From: a virus
Reading direction: 5' to 3' (one strand)
DNA length: 64,000 bases
IMG/VR virus record: IMGVR_UViG_3300046744_000381
Coordinates: 64,001-128,000 of that record
The notes below the pieces were generated by a model. That model was not told where the DNA came from, did not search any database, and was given only the letters and a program-made list of their open reading frames with translations. Below are positions 9,656 to 23,200 of this stretch, piece by piece. The position numbers were made by a program, and so were the translations under genes. Within the stretch, counting starts at the first letter, position 1; every line of letters starts with the position of its first letter.

Positions 9656-11629
9656 TTATGGATACGCTACTGTTGATACGTGTTCCCAAGTTCCGGCAAC
9701 TACTTTAAATTTAATAGTATACCTTGTGACAGTAAATGTTGGCGCTATCGGTACAGGACTAATGTTGAAGTCTTGTAATACACTAACGTTTTGTGTACCG
9801 CCGCTATCCACAGCCGTAAAACTTTTATTTAATTCTGCATTCACATCCGCAGTATCAGTTCCTGATGGTGCTATACTACTACCGTGTATTGCAGCTTGCG
9901 TACCATTAGGTATTGTTGAAGGATCAACTAATGAAGTTAAAATTAATAATACATCATTGTTTACACCTGCGCCATTGTTAATTGCTATTGTTAGTCCAGT
10001 AAGATCAAGACCAAAAACAAGTGTTTTAGCACCAATTTCAGTTTCAACATATTGTTTTGTTGCTACCGCATCAGCGTCTGATTCTGTAAGTGCCGGGTTT
10101 TCTGCAACAGCTCTCGGACTTATTGGAGTTTTTACACCTTTTATTTCAACTGGTGTGCCTACCACTTCAATTGGTCCGTTGGATGCTAATTCAATACTTG
10201 CTGCTGTGTTTGTAATTCTGTTTGAATCAATACCAATATTATCAACTGTGATACTTCCTAATGTACCAATGTTAACAAGTCCGGGTGCATCTGTGACAGT
10301 TGCAGCAAGTGCAGTTCTAGTTAATAATGGTGTACCGTCCATCATATAAGCACCATTTATATCTGCAATATCGATATTATCTTCAGTTGTCCAGGCTAGT
10401 GTGCCAATTCTATATGTCCACTTTATACTGCCACCTGTAGTTTCGATTAACAACCCTGCATCATCAATAAATTCGCTAGAACTATCTAACAGTGTACTAT
10501 CCTCTGGAATAGCAAGTTGAATATTTTTATCTGCTATTCTTAAGGATTTAACATCTTCTGTTGTTTGTGTGCCAACACGTAGTTCGCCAGCAACACGCAA
10601 ATCTCCATTTACTATTAGATTGTGTTGATCTCCGTTAGTACCAATTACAACACCTTGTGTAATTGCAGCTACTGGATCGCCTTCACTGTCTATTCTTGAT
10701 ATTGTTGGATCAGGAGCATTGTTAAATATTCCTAATCTATTATTTGTAGCATCAAATTTTAATGCTGAATAGTATGTGCTTGCTACTTTAGAAAGCTTTA
10801 CTTCTAAATCGCCGCCGTTTCGTAAATTTATAATTTCTGAACCAGTGCCTGCTGCTTTAATTTGTATATTTTGTCCTGATGAAACAGTACCTACTTTTAA
10901 TCCCTCAACATTGTTTATAAGTAACGGGCCTACCATTGTATCGCCATTAGTATCGGTAGCACTTACAAAACTATCAACCGTAAAAGAAGTACCAAATTCG
11001 TCAGTAATTGCAAGAGCTTTATCAGCAACACCATCAAATATAAATGAGCTATACGAGTTGTTAATATTTAATCCCATTCTTAAATTAGGAAAACCTGCAA
11101 GTTCGAGCCCTGGGGTAAATGATTCTCTTGCTAATACTGCTAATGGTGTTCCTGCTACGTAAAAAAGTACAATTGTTTTATCTAAACTAAATGAGTCTTT
11201 TATAGTATCAACTTTTATTCCACTCAATCCCTGTGTCTTTGTATATTGAGGGCCTATTAATATCCAGTCGGTTCCGTCCCAAAAATAGACTTGATTATTT
11301 GCACTGTTTATCCAAATATCGCCTACAACTTTTTCCAACGGTGCAGTGCCGCTTACAACGCTGCTATCCGTGCTTCTAAATGTAGATCCATCGTATACTT
11401 TTAATCTATCAGTAACAGTGTCAAACCAAACTTGTCCTTTTATAGGCTTTGCAGGTGCAGAAACATTTGCAAAACTTTCTAATAATTTAATAAAGTTTTC
11501 GTTTATTAATTCACCAAATCCTTGATAATTTTTACCTATAAAAGTTAAATCAGTCGTTGTATTATCAATTTTACCATCAATTAATTCTGTTAATAATGTA
11601 CCGTCGGTTTTGTTTAATCTATAGCTCAT
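9656..11629 (-). CDS. Tail fibre/baseplate-associated structural protein
   Basis: Shared N-terminal module IGKNYQGFGELINENFIKLLESFA...GQVWFD; beta-rich body. Confidence 0.7.
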   Translation of the reverse strand: MSYRLNKTDGTLLTELIDGKIDNTTTDLTFIGKNYQGFGELINENFIKLLESFANVSAPAKPIKGQVWFDTVTDRLKVYDGSTFRSTDSSVVSGTAPLEKVVGDIWINSANNQVYFWDGTDWILIGPQYTKTQGLSGIKVDTIKDSFSLDKTIVLFYVAGTPLAVLARESFTPGLELAGFPNLRMGLNINNSYSSFIFDGVADKALAITDEFGTSFTVDSFVSATDTNGDTMVGPLLINNVEGLKVGTVSSGQNIQIKAAGTGSEIINLRNGGDLEVKLSKVASTYYSALKFDATNNRLGIFNNAPDPTISRIDSEGDPVAAITQGVVIGTNGDQHNLIVNGDLRVAGELRVGTQTTEDVKSLRIADKNIQLAIPEDSTLLDSSSEFIDDAGLLIETTGGSIKWTYRIGTLAWTTEDNIDIADINGAYMMDGTPLLTRTALAATVTDAPGLVNIGTLGSITVDNIGIDSNRITNTAASIELASNGPIEVVGTPVEIKGVKTPISPRAVAENPALTESDADAVATKQYVETEIGAKTLVFGLDLTGLTIAINNGAGVNNDVLLILTSLVDPSTIPNGTQAAIHGSSIAPSGTDTADVNAELNKSFTAVDSGGTQNVSVLQDFNISPVPIAPTFTVTRYTIKFKVVAGTWEHVSTVAYP

Positions 11630-13653
11630 ATAATCTGCCCCGTATATATAATATAATTCATTGCTACAAATGGATCAGTTGTGTTTAACGGAGTATTAGT
11701 TGCACCTGGTATACTACCTGTAGTTGATATTTTAGTACCGTTTGCACCATCAGCTGCACCGCCGCCTGCGCTTGTATTCGAACCTGTCTGTGATGCAATA
11801 GTTGTAGTTGCATAAAATTGATCGCCTGTGTCACTGTCTAGTGAGTGAGTGTGATCTGGTAAGTTAGATTCTGCAATAGTTGAAGTAGGATTACCACTTA
11901 CACCACCTATTGTGCCTGTACCTGAAGTAATTCTATTATTATTATTTGATGGACTTCCGAGTAAACCTACAGGATGTCTACCTGCTAAATCAGGAACTCT
12001 AAATGTTCCTCCGCCTGCATCGCCATATGTTGTGCCAATAACATCAAATAATAAATTATATGTAGTTGTAATATACGAATCACCATTACATATTAACCAT
12101 CCCGAAGGAGCAGTTGTTCCAGCATATGGTGTAACTGTGCCAATTGGAATTGTTTGTATGCTTCCAATAATATCACTTTGTGTTGTTTTATATAAATTAC
12201 TTCCTCTAGCAACTAAAAATTCGTCTGATCCAACAATAGCACTAGGTAAAGCGCCTTTGTTTGTTACAAATGTAGGATCAATAACACTGTTTGCTAGTGT
12301 TTTTGTTAATCCGCCAGTTTGTCCATCAAACGAAAAGCTATCTGCCGAAACTTCACCTTCAAGTCTAAATGTTGTTGCACTATTTAATTTTCCTGCACTA
12401 GTTGCAGATCCAGTTAGCGTTCCTGTTATACTTAAACTACTACCTGCTTTAGGCTGAATAGATGTTGTATTAAGTCTATTGGCGTAAAGATTGTCGTAAT
12501 AAAGTGCCGAAGTACCTAAATTATGTGTATTATTGTTTTCTGGAATAATGTTTTCTGCTGTAATATTACTTGCTACTGTGAGTGTACCGCCGACGTGTGC
12601 ATCTAATGCTACGCCAATACCACCGGGTGTTGTAATCGATCCTGTAATACTACTAGTTGAATTTGTTGTATCAGCAGTTTTAATTGTTCCACTTACTAAT
12701 AAGTTTCCAGTAACATCTAATGCTTCAGTAGGACTCGCATTGTTAATACCAACTGTGTTTACACTTTCGGTTGGCTTCACTCTGATAGCAGGTGTTTGTG
12801 TAACAGTTGATCTAATATCAAGTGTACCTGTTCCAAAATGTTCTAATACGCTATCTGAATCCTCTACAAAAACACTTAATGTTTTTGTTTGACCAAATTC
12901 TATACCTCTGTTATCGCTTACTCTAATAGGAGCATTGATAGTTTGTTTTCCTGCTTCTGCATCGTTCCTTACAAAACTTGTTCCAGACACTGGCAAGTTG
13001 TTTATAACAAGATTATTAGCTTGTTCGGCTGTACCATTTAGAACACTTGTTAAAGATCTATTTAAATTAATACCAATTTTCAGTGGATAAGATGAAGTAT
13101 AGCCAGCAATGTTACTTTTTGGTGCAAATTCTTCATCGCTTATTAATGCAACAATCACATTTTCACTATAAATTGCTGTAACTTGTTTTGCAGGAGTGTC
13201 GTCGGCTCTATCAATTGAGATCGATAAAGCGCCGGTTATAGCTGCACTACTGTAACTTGGTCCTACTAACACATACCCGCTACCTGTGTAGATATACATT
13301 TGACTATTTTCAGTATCTACCCAAATATCGCCCACTGTACTATTATCAACGGCAGGTTGTACTGCTGATTTTTTAACGCCGCCTGCAGCAACCCATTGGG
13401 TGCCGTCATAAATTTTTAATTGGTCTATACCGGCAGTTGTATCATACCATAACTGTCCTTCAACAGGATTACCTGGAGGATTTGGATTAGCAAAATTTTC
13501 TAACATATTTAAGAAGTTTGTATTAACACTACTTCCATAGTCAGTTAAATTTCTTCCTATAAGTTGTAAACTTGTATCAGTATTAATACTACTATCTTCT
13601 ACAGTGATGGTACCTTTGTTTGCCTCATCTGTAAATGGAATTTCATATGCCAT
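11626..13653 (-). CDS. Short tail fibre-like protein with phage tail collar domain
   Basis: IPIGTVTPYAGTTAPSGWLICNG...YNLLFDVIGTTYG...FRVPDLAGR collar motif; C-terminal PFVAMNYIIY. Confidence 0.85.
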   Translation of the reverse strand: MAYEIPFTDEANKGTITVEDSSINTDTSLQLIGRNLTDYGSSVNTNFLNMLENFANPNPPGNPVEGQLWYDTTAGIDQLKIYDGTQWVAAGGVKKSAVQPAVDNSTVGDIWVDTENSQMYIYTGSGYVLVGPSYSSAAITGALSISIDRADDTPAKQVTAIYSENVIVALISDEEFAPKSNIAGYTSSYPLKIGINLNRSLTSVLNGTAEQANNLVINNLPVSGTSFVRNDAEAGKQTINAPIRVSDNRGIEFGQTKTLSVFVEDSDSVLEHFGTGTLDIRSTVTQTPAIRVKPTESVNTVGINNASPTEALDVTGNLLVSGTIKTADTTNSTSSITGSITTPGGIGVALDAHVGGTLTVASNITAENIIPENNNTHNLGTSALYYDNLYANRLNTTSIQPKAGSSLSITGTLTGSATSAGKLNSATTFRLEGEVSADSFSFDGQTGGLTKTLANSVIDPTFVTNKGALPSAIVGSDEFLVARGSNLYKTTQSDIIGSIQTIPIGTVTPYAGTTAPSGWLICNGDSYITTTYNLLFDVIGTTYGDAGGGTFRVPDLAGRHPVGLLGSPSNNNNRITSGTGTIGGVSGNPTSTIAESNLPDHTHSLDSDTGDQFYATTTIASQTGSNTSAGGGAADGANGTKISTTGSIPGATNTPLNTTDPFVAMNYIIYTGQII

Positions 13654-14258
13654 TAGCTATTACCTCCGCTAAGGCTCTGAACTCTTACAGTATAGTCTAT
13701 TTGGATAAGTCTGTTTAATGATTTTTGCACAGGATGAAAAATTACGTGTGTAATAAGTCTACCCGTTCCACTTGAACTATATCCTCTTAAACCTAGTTCG
13801 TCAAATACAAATTGTTGTTCTGTATCTGCTGCTGTGTCAAATGCATCTTGTCCATCTGGTTCGCCGTAATCAAGTAGAGCACTCACGACTACATCTGTAT
13901 AATTTGTTCCGCTTACGTGTCTGGTTTCGATTTTATTTCTTGTAGGATCAGTATTATTTACATTGTTGCTATCTATAACTTTGGTGTAGGTTTGATTATA
14001 TAAGCTTGCGTTTGTACCAGTGCTGTTAGGAGTAAGATATGTTATGATTCCAGTTGGATCGACTATTGTTCCTCCATTACCAAAACTCATTTCACTAATA
14101 AAACCTTGTCCAATATTGCCTAAACTTTCAGCAAGACTGATACTCATATTTTCATAATGAATTGCATTGCGTTTGTCTACAAACACAAAACCTGATTCAG
14201 GGTTATATATTTTAATATGACCCTCTATGTGTACACCGTTATGTTCTTTTTCTATCAT
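13653..14258 (-). CDS. Probable baseplate protein
   Basis: FVFDELGL...LITHVIFHPVQKSLNR...IDYTVRV; sits between wedge and fibre genes. Confidence 0.5.
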   Translation of the reverse strand: MIEKEHNGVHIEGHIKIYNPESGFVFVDKRNAIHYENMSISLAESLGNIGQGFISEMSFGNGGTIVDPTGIITYLTPNSTGTNASLYNQTYTKVIDSNNVNNTDPTRNKIETRHVSGTNYTDVVVSALLDYGEPDGQDAFDTAADTEQQFVFDELGLRGYSSSGTGRLITHVIFHPVQKSLNRLIQIDYTVRVQSLSGGNS

Positions 14259-14274
14259 AATACTATCCTTATTG

Positions 14275-14280
14275 TATTTA
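14275..14280 (-). promoter_or_regulatory. gp55-type late promoter (TAAATA)
   Basis: ATAAATACAATA on the minus strand, overlapping the stop of the giant gene. Confidence 0.55.
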
Positions 14281-17200
14281 TCGGGCGAGCTTATATGTGC
14301 TATCTGTTAGGAATCTGCTTATAGTGTTCTTACTGCTTGCAAGACTTATTCCGTCATCATTCCAAATTTTACCAGTTTTTCTAATTATTCTAATTTCAGT
14401 ATCAGCAAGAGGTGCAGTAACTAATGTTAAAATATTATTTTCAACAGTAAATTCTGCTGGAACTACTACATCTCCTCCTGGACTATCTTGATCTAATGCT
14501 TCGTTGTACTGATAATAATTAGTATCAGCAGTAGAATTATTTGGATCAATTGGTGTAGCTTTTCTTAATCTTGTACCAGCTACAAAAACATCAAATTCAT
14601 TAACACTTGTTGGTGTCCAATTTAAATTAAATGTTTTTGCTGCACCATCACCTGTAAATAGTTGTGTATATGTAGTATCTTGGTAAGGAATAGTCTCGCT
14701 TACACCTTGATGGAAAACTCTGCTATTAGCTGAATGCACATCTTTTACACCAGTTCCTAGTGTTCCTCTTCTTAATTGTCTTAATACATTTCCTTGTTTT
14801 ACAAAATATTCAATTCTTTCACCGTTTATAAAAATTATACCAGGAATTGCAAGCTCTTTATTAGGTTCATCTAAACCATCTGAACTTTTTAAGTTAATAC
14901 TTAGATCATACCAATTTAAATCAACTGCTAAATCATATTCCATTCCGCTGTTAATTCTCTTATAATGATATCTATTGAGAACGTCTTTGAATATTCTATA
15001 TGCAAATTTCTGCTTACTTACATCAGCAGTAAAATATAATATTTCAATTCTATCATTTTTTATTGGGCGCTCACTTAAAATAATTGATTGTCTATTATCA
15101 GATAATGTATAATCTGCTTGCGAAGTTAAAAACTTGCCATTTAGAAATACCCAAGCATATTCAGGACCGGGTATTTTCTTGTCTAGTTTTATTTCACCTC
15201 TGCTAAGTAAGTTTCTTGTAAGATAATTAGCAGATCCTTCTGCTGCATTTGTATCCTCATATGAAACACGTAAACTTAGTCTTTCAAATTCATTTGTATC
15301 GTGATTTGAAAATACATAAATTTTTACATCTTGTGTAGGAATATCTTTTAAACTTAATCTTTCACTATCTACAACTCTGATACTATCAATTTTAAAATCA
15401 GTGCTATCGTCAAAGTATAACGACGGCGTATCGTCTTTAGCAGCAAGTGCTATTAGATCCCTAACATATCCTTGTAACTTAATTGTAACTTCTTGTCCAG
15501 TCTTTGTATATTCCTGTACAGTACCAATTACATTAGTGCTATCATTGAGTGTAAAATTAATTTGATCTAATGGAGCGTAATCAACTAACGTGCCTGCATT
15601 GCTTAATTTAATTACTGTATCTACAAAAAAGTATTCTGCATTGTCTATTAAATATACTCTAAGTATATCTCCAGATTTTCCAATTTCTCTGGTTGTAAAT
15701 TCTATTCTGCCGTTTGTAGTACTGTATATATAATTTATAGGATCAACTAATTGATCATTTATATAAACTAAAATATCTAATTGAGAAATTTTAGTTTGAT
15801 CTAATAATTGCCAATTGTCTATTTCATATGCTCTATCAACTGTCATAGTGTGCTTTTTGACATATCCAGCATCTAAAAATTTATCGCCTACTTTAACTAG
15901 GATATTATGACTAATTGGTTTTTTGTTAAACGGCAGTGGTACTGCACCATTTGATCCAAAAGTGTGTGATCTTTGTGTAGATACAGTTCTATCAAACGTA
16001 TCATCTATTGCAAGTTGACTGTATTGCTTTCCTGTACCTTTATAAAGAGTATATGTTATAATGCTATTAGCCGGTGGCACTTCACCAAATACAAGCATAA
16101 CCTTATTTGCATTATCGCCATATTCAGGTCCTGATGCATCTAATCCAAAAGATGTACTTATGACTCCGTTAACACTTACTACTGCCGTTACGTTTTGTTC
16201 AAACTTATAAAACGTTACAAAGTTAGCAGTGTTACCGTCACCAGTAAACGTATCACTTTCTATTATGTTAGACCCATTTGTACCAATTGTCAAGAAAGAA
16301 AGATGCTTTCCAACTGGTAATAAACTACTATCCGAAATCCTAAGTAGTTTTTCTGAATAATCTATTTCATACTGTGCAGGATCTAAAACAACATTATCTA
16401 ATTTTACAATTACACTATCTTGTGTAGCTGGTAAATTTTCTAAATAGTATTCAGCACTGCCGCCATCTGTTCTAAAATTTTGTACAGTAATTACGCCTTG
16501 TCCGTCATTTACACGCTCGTAAACTTGTAGATCTAGTGTATCTAAAATTTGTCCAGGTACTTGTTCTTCGGTACCTTTACTTGTTGTTGGACTTACAAAA
16601 TCATCACCGTCAATTACAATATTGCCTGCGTCAATGCCTGTTGCTGTACTAAACTGTCCTGCAACATTTGTTAAATCGCCGCCATTTATTTGTGTATCAA
16701 AGATTACGCCACTTGGTGTAACTGCACCATCGCTTGTTTCTTTTCTAACAATTATCGTATCGCCGTCTCTAGTTACTAGTTGATCTTCATCTAGTATAAA
16801 TGTGCTTGTTATTCCGTCACCTGTAATAGTCAACATTATTGAATCTTCTGGTGCTTCTGATGTTCCGTAAGCTTCACTATCAATTCTTACAGGATTATCA
16901 TTAATACCTGCTGTTGCAGCCTTATAATATACATTATATTTTACACCTGCTTCAAATGGCACACTAACAGTTATTGATCCTGTACTACCATCAAGCACAA
17001 ATACTTCATCTTCTAGGTTCCCACTAAATCTATCAAATGGTGTAGAACCAAATAAATCTCCGTTGTTAAAACCTTGTGATGCTCCAAAGCTTGCTGTATC
17101 AATTTGCACACCGCCATAGTCTACGCCATCCATAAGTTGAGATAATTCTTTACCAAACTGACCAGTTGTTGGATTATAGTAAAAATTAATTCTATCTGAT

Positions 17201-20200
17201 GCACTTAGATAATTCACATCTTTGTCGTATTCAATTACGATAGTTTTGTTATTTGATGGTGCATTTGCAAAACTCACTACACCATAATATCTTGGATAGG
17301 TTACAGTTTTATCTAGTATATTACTAATACTGTAATCTGTTGCTAGTTGTTCAACTCCGTCTACTGTGACTGTAATCTTAGAAGGCCTAACATCAATTGG
17401 CCATTTTAAGATAAAATCAATTTGTGATCCTGTACCTGTAAATGTTTGCGTAACATCCAAATCAGTAACAAAATAACTTCCTGTAATCCTATCAAACTTT
17501 ATTAACATATGTGTTGATCTAACCGGAGAATTGCCAATGATAGCAGTTGCTCTAGCTGGCTTGGCTGTACTATAATCTTCTTGATCACCTTCAAATGTTA
17601 AAGTAGGAGCTGTTATATATTTTAAGTTTGCAAAATCAATTACAATACCTGTAACTTTGCCTTCGTTGATAGTGGTAGAACCAATTACTGTTGGGCCGCC
17701 GCCACCGCTCATAACTAATCTAGGTGCATTTGTCCAGCCAGTTCCGCCATCTGTCAATACAACTTCTTTTACTTCAAATCCTACATTGTCAAACCAATTT
17801 TTTTGAGGATAAGTTGTTACAAACTCACTGTAATTTCTAATTTGACTATCTAAGACTTGTGCAGTTTCTGATACAATTTTTTCAGCATTTAAATCATATC
17901 GTGGAGGTAAATCAAAATCAGTTACGTTTGTTTGTGTAGGATCAATATTTTCATAAGCACTAACAAATTCTCTAATTTTTGTGCTATAAGGTTTTACTTC
18001 ATTTACATAGTCGTTGTAGCTTTCTAAACTATCACTCTTGTATGTTGTTTTTTGATCTAATCCACCTACGTTATGTTTTGCTTTTATAAATGCAGTTTTG
18101 AATATCCAATCTATGGTCGGTTGTTCAGCAAGTGCATATCTCACACTACTAAAGAAAAGTTTATTCCACTCTACTTTCAATTCGTCTACAAATATAGTTT
18201 GATTAATTGTGTTTAAAATTATTCTTACTTCTTCGCCTGCATCTCTGTCATACAATGCGCTATCGTAAACTGCTTTGTCGAATCCAAAACGTTCGTTGTT
18301 AAATAACAATCTACTAAATTCTATAGTTCCGTTTTGTCTTCCTATTGTTTCATAGTTTACAGTATAATCTACTTCTAATTGATTATCTATTTTTTTCAAT
18401 AATAACCAACCACCAGAGCCAATAGTTTCTATTTTTATAATATCGCCTAAATTGTCTTTTAGCCCACCGAGAGCATAACTTCCTGGTACTAAGTAATCAA
18501 TATTTGTTTCTTTACTGTAGCCTTCTGCATACCAATCTATGTATTTCCAATAAAGGCTGGCATCATAACTTTGATTATTAATACGTATCCATTCTTTTTC
18601 GGTTGAATTCCAGATATAAGTTGCCCAAAAACCTAACAATGTAGTATCAGTTGTAATTAATGCAGTAAATGGCCTTACAGTAACAGTCGTAGTTGTTGAA
18701 TTATAATTTTTACCTTCATTTATAATATTTGCTTCTATAACTTGACCAAGATTATTAATAACAGTTTCAATTTCAGCTCCTATGCCAGAACCTGTAATTG
18801 TAACTTTTGGACCTCTACGTTTAGTATCAGTTGCACTGTTAAATGCAGGATCAATATAGCCTCTACCTGCATTTGTAATAGTGACTTTTGTCAATCTGCC
18901 ATCTACAATATCAACACTTAATTGTGCTTGGTCTAATTTAGATGTACCGATAAAACGTAACAATGTTTCATTCTCTACAACAGTATCGTATTCTCTTGAG
19001 ACATTAGTAGGTTGTGGATCTTTAGAAGATAGTCCACTTATATCAAATTCATCTACAATTAATTTTTTTGATAAAACAAGATTTATTCTTTCGATAACTT
19101 GCTTTAATGCTTCTGTACGGTTTACAAACATTGTTTGTAAAGGATCATCCAAAATTCCATATCTTCTAGCCGGACTTAAAGTTGTTACAGGTAACAATGT
19201 TCTTTGTTTATCGTATCCTACTAAACTATCTATCCATTTACTTACAACTCTATCATTGGGCTGACTTGTAGCAAGACCTTCTGTAAGAAGGTTGTATTCT
19301 CTATGTATATTATTAATTTTTACTTCTTCAGTATTATAATATTCAAAATGCAAAACAGTGTCAGTGTCTTTTACTAAATTTGTACAATTGTATATTGCAA
19401 AATTATTTCTTCCAAACATACCTAAGAATCTATATCCGTTAGCAGCAGGATCCTCAATTAACGATGCAACAGCATTAGCAGTAATAGTTCTGTTTGTAAT
19501 TGTTGGTAAAACTTTTGAGTTTTTTACCCAATAGTAATATTTTGCCGAAAACAAACCAGTAATTGGATCGTAAACATTTTTTCTTACATATCGTTGATTG
19601 CCGTATCTAGATACACCACTTACACCATCTGCTAAACCTTCTGTGGTATCTGCAATAGCGTCCCATTCGTCTGGTAATAATGTTGAAGATACCCATTCAT
19701 AGATATCAATACTGTAACCAGGTATAATTTTGTTCCAAACATTAGAACTATAATCAGCATTTTTTTGGTATGGATTATACCATTTGACTGCATTCAAATC
19801 CCACAGCAACTCGCCAACACGTTCTTCGCCCCAAGGATTAACTACTCCGGTATTTGTATTACCAATATTATACACTGCTGGATCATAATAAAGTTTATAA
19901 TTTATTTCTCTTTCAGCAGCATTAGCAATTTTACCTTGGATAGGATCTATCAAATCTATATATGTAATTAAATCACTTGTTACACTATCGTATAAAAAGG
20001 CTCCACGCATTTTATCATAATTAATAAAATCTGTTGCTTCGCCAAGCGTGTTCCAGTTTGTAATATCTTTGTCGTGACGTAAATCAAAAATTAAACCAAA
20101 TTTACTATCACCTGTGTCTAATCCTTCAAATCCTAGATACAAGTGATTATTTTGATATAATATTTCTACATCATCGGCAGTTGACAAGTCTCTTTGTAAT

Positions 20201-23200
20201 GTCAGGCCGTTGTCTATATAATATGATTCGTAATCAATAACTTCACTTACAGTGTAAATTTCATTCAAAAGTTCGTAAGTATATGCTTGCGGTCTTCTAC
20301 TTGAAAAATCATATAACTTTGTACTATTATTATCAAAGGAAGTAGCATTTGAATCAAATTGTGTACCACCAATATTTAAACCATTAATACCAATTACACA
20401 TAATTTATTATTACTAAATTCAACCTTATATCCGAATCTTTCATTTTTACTAGAAGCAGGAGCTTGTAACGTCTGTGTGTTTTCAAAAGCAAGCGAAGAT
20501 GAATTATATTTGTAAATATAGACAAGTCCTTTATCTATACCGGTATCGGTATTTGTTTCTATATCTGCTGAATTAGCACCTACTGCTATATAATTTCCAT
20601 CGTCACTTAATGCTACACTTGTTCCCCATAAGATATCTGTATTTGGCGTAGTGATAGCTTCATAAAAAGCATAGCGTCCTTCTTGTAATCTATATACATT
20701 TACTTGAAATTCATCTGTACTAGTATTAAAAGCAGTAAATGTTAAAACTTCACCGTTTGTGCTTACATCAATATTTTTTCCTGCTTGATTCGTATTGTTA
20801 AATGCAGTGCTGTCATTATCGCCTTGAATTGTTGAACTGTAAGGCAAATAACCAAATCTGTCTACATTATTATCAACACTTTCCCATAACGCAATATCTG
20901 TTGGGCCGTTACCGCCTTTTGGAATATCGACTTTTGCTTTATACAGTTGTCCATTTTCTTGAACAATAGCACCAGTTACATATGAATGGAAGTTATCCCA
21001 GTCTCCTCTAAATGTAACATCTATTGTTCCTCTCATTTCCATTATAGAATAAGTTGTGTCGTAAAGATAAACTCTACCGTTATTGCCTTCACTGCGTACA
21101 TAAAGTTTATATGTTTCATCTGTAGTAAATGCAGTTTCCAAGCCAATACCAAATTTTTCATCGCCAGTAGGTTCATTTGAAACAAATTGTTCTAACAAGT
21201 AATATGAGTTATCTAGATTTTTCTTATATACATAAACAATACCTTGGTTGGTTAATCCACTTGCATATCCTTCATCGTCTGCAGGAATTTTGTAGACTTG
21301 TTCCCAATCTCTACTGTTTGTATTAATGCTACTACTATCATCATCTGTAGCCCTTTTTGCTCTCCATAACGTGCCTCTATCGCTTACAATATCATCTTTT
21401 AAAATGTTGAATGATGATTCAGCTTCGCCCCTGTATCGTGTTTTAACATTACTTGCAAGAGGCGCTGCTACGAACATAAACTGACCATCTCCGGAAAATT
21501 TAATTTTTTGGCCAAATGCACTTGCACTATTATGTAAATTTGTAGGTACAATTATTTCTTGTATAAAGTTTAACGTTTGTGTTTCGCTTGACCTAGTATA
21601 AACATAAACCTTGCCATCTATTGGCCTACCGACTGCAAATATACTATTAAAGTCGTTTACAGCAAAACTAGATCCGTATCCGCCGTCTCCGTTTTCTATG
21701 TTAAACAATTCTTGTTTTCCTGAGAAAATTTTGTTGTTTTTAAATACACCAAATTTGTCATTTGCAACATTATCTATCCAGATAGTATTGTTTTCATTTA
21801 ATCCAAATTTATTAATATCTGCATTTACATTACTAGGAGTATCGTAACGTTTTGAAAGTAATTTAGTAATAATACCAGTAGTACTATCATTCAAGTCTAA
21901 AAATTCTTCATTAAAAGTAATATCAGCTACTACACTGACAACAGTACCAGAAATATTGTTTATTTTATAAAATCCGTCGATATTATCGTCAATAAATTGT
22001 ACACCAAATATTTCACCTATAGCTAAATCAGGAATACTATCAAATTTTAAATCAAATCCTGTAGTTGTTTTAGTATATGTTTCAACTCTGTTTGAAATAA
22101 GAGTGTGTTGATATATGTTCCAGCTATTTTTTTCTGACGTTACCCAAATTATATTATCTATCGGGACATTGGCTATATCTAATTCCAAAATATCATTTGG
22201 TGTTTTAGCAAGAAAGTCTATTTGATCTAAACTAACATAGCCAGCAGTTTTAGAATATTCATCTGTGCTATATTTGTAAGGAAATGGATTTTTGGTATAG
22301 TTTTGCGGTTTTATATAAACTTTTGATTCAGGAATTTCATAAACTAAGTCTGTTCTGTTTGTGTCCACAGCATCAACAAGTTCAATTAATTGAGGTTCAA
22401 TTCTAAATTTTGTTTCGTCTAGTTTATATTCAAGTTCATCAAATGTATCAGTTGCGCCGTATTGAGCATTTCTTATTGCCCATTCTTCATAAAACTCTAA
22501 ACTTTCTTGATCTGTACTTCCTAATTTATCAAAGAATTTAGTTAAACTATTCAGTGTTCCTTTTTCTTGGATAAATCCTTGATAAAATTTATATTGGCTA
22601 ATATCATCTTCAATTATATTATCAAGATATTCTCTTTTCTGATAACCAATCAAATGCTGCGCAAGGCGTTGCTGTTCAGTATCAAAATTATCTGTATCTA
22701 AATCATAAAAATCTGCAAACTGATTTACTTTGTAATCAAAGTTTGCTTTGAGACCGCTTTCTGGTCTATCGTCTAATCTATTCCATAAACTGCTGTCAAA
22801 TACAGAATCTCCACTTATAAATATATTGGCTGAATAATAAAATTCTTTATATTTTACTAAATCGCCAAGTGCATAATCCTGCCACTGTTCCCATTCTGTA
22901 ATATTTGCTTGATCGTAAATAAATCCTGGAATATTTAAATTACCATTCCAATTATCTGTTCTATAACCTACAACTTTTATACGTTCTTGTCTATACCCAC
23001 TTGATGGATTATATATTGTATCATTGAACACTGTTTTATTATCTATAATTACCGAATGATCTTTTTGTATCAAACCTAACTTGCAAAAGTAAATTGCATT
23101 GTCAGCAGTGTTTGGCAAAATAGTAACACTATTACCGGTATCTCTACTAATATTAACACTATAATCTTTGACCGCAGTTCCGTCTAAATTAAGTATTTTA

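Noticed and set aside
9651-12892. Plus-strand ORFs of 120-230 aa opposite the fibre genes (also 50851-51669, 40534-41031 and similar)
   Set aside because: Antisense shadows of well-supported genes; no RBS, promoter or recognisable motif.
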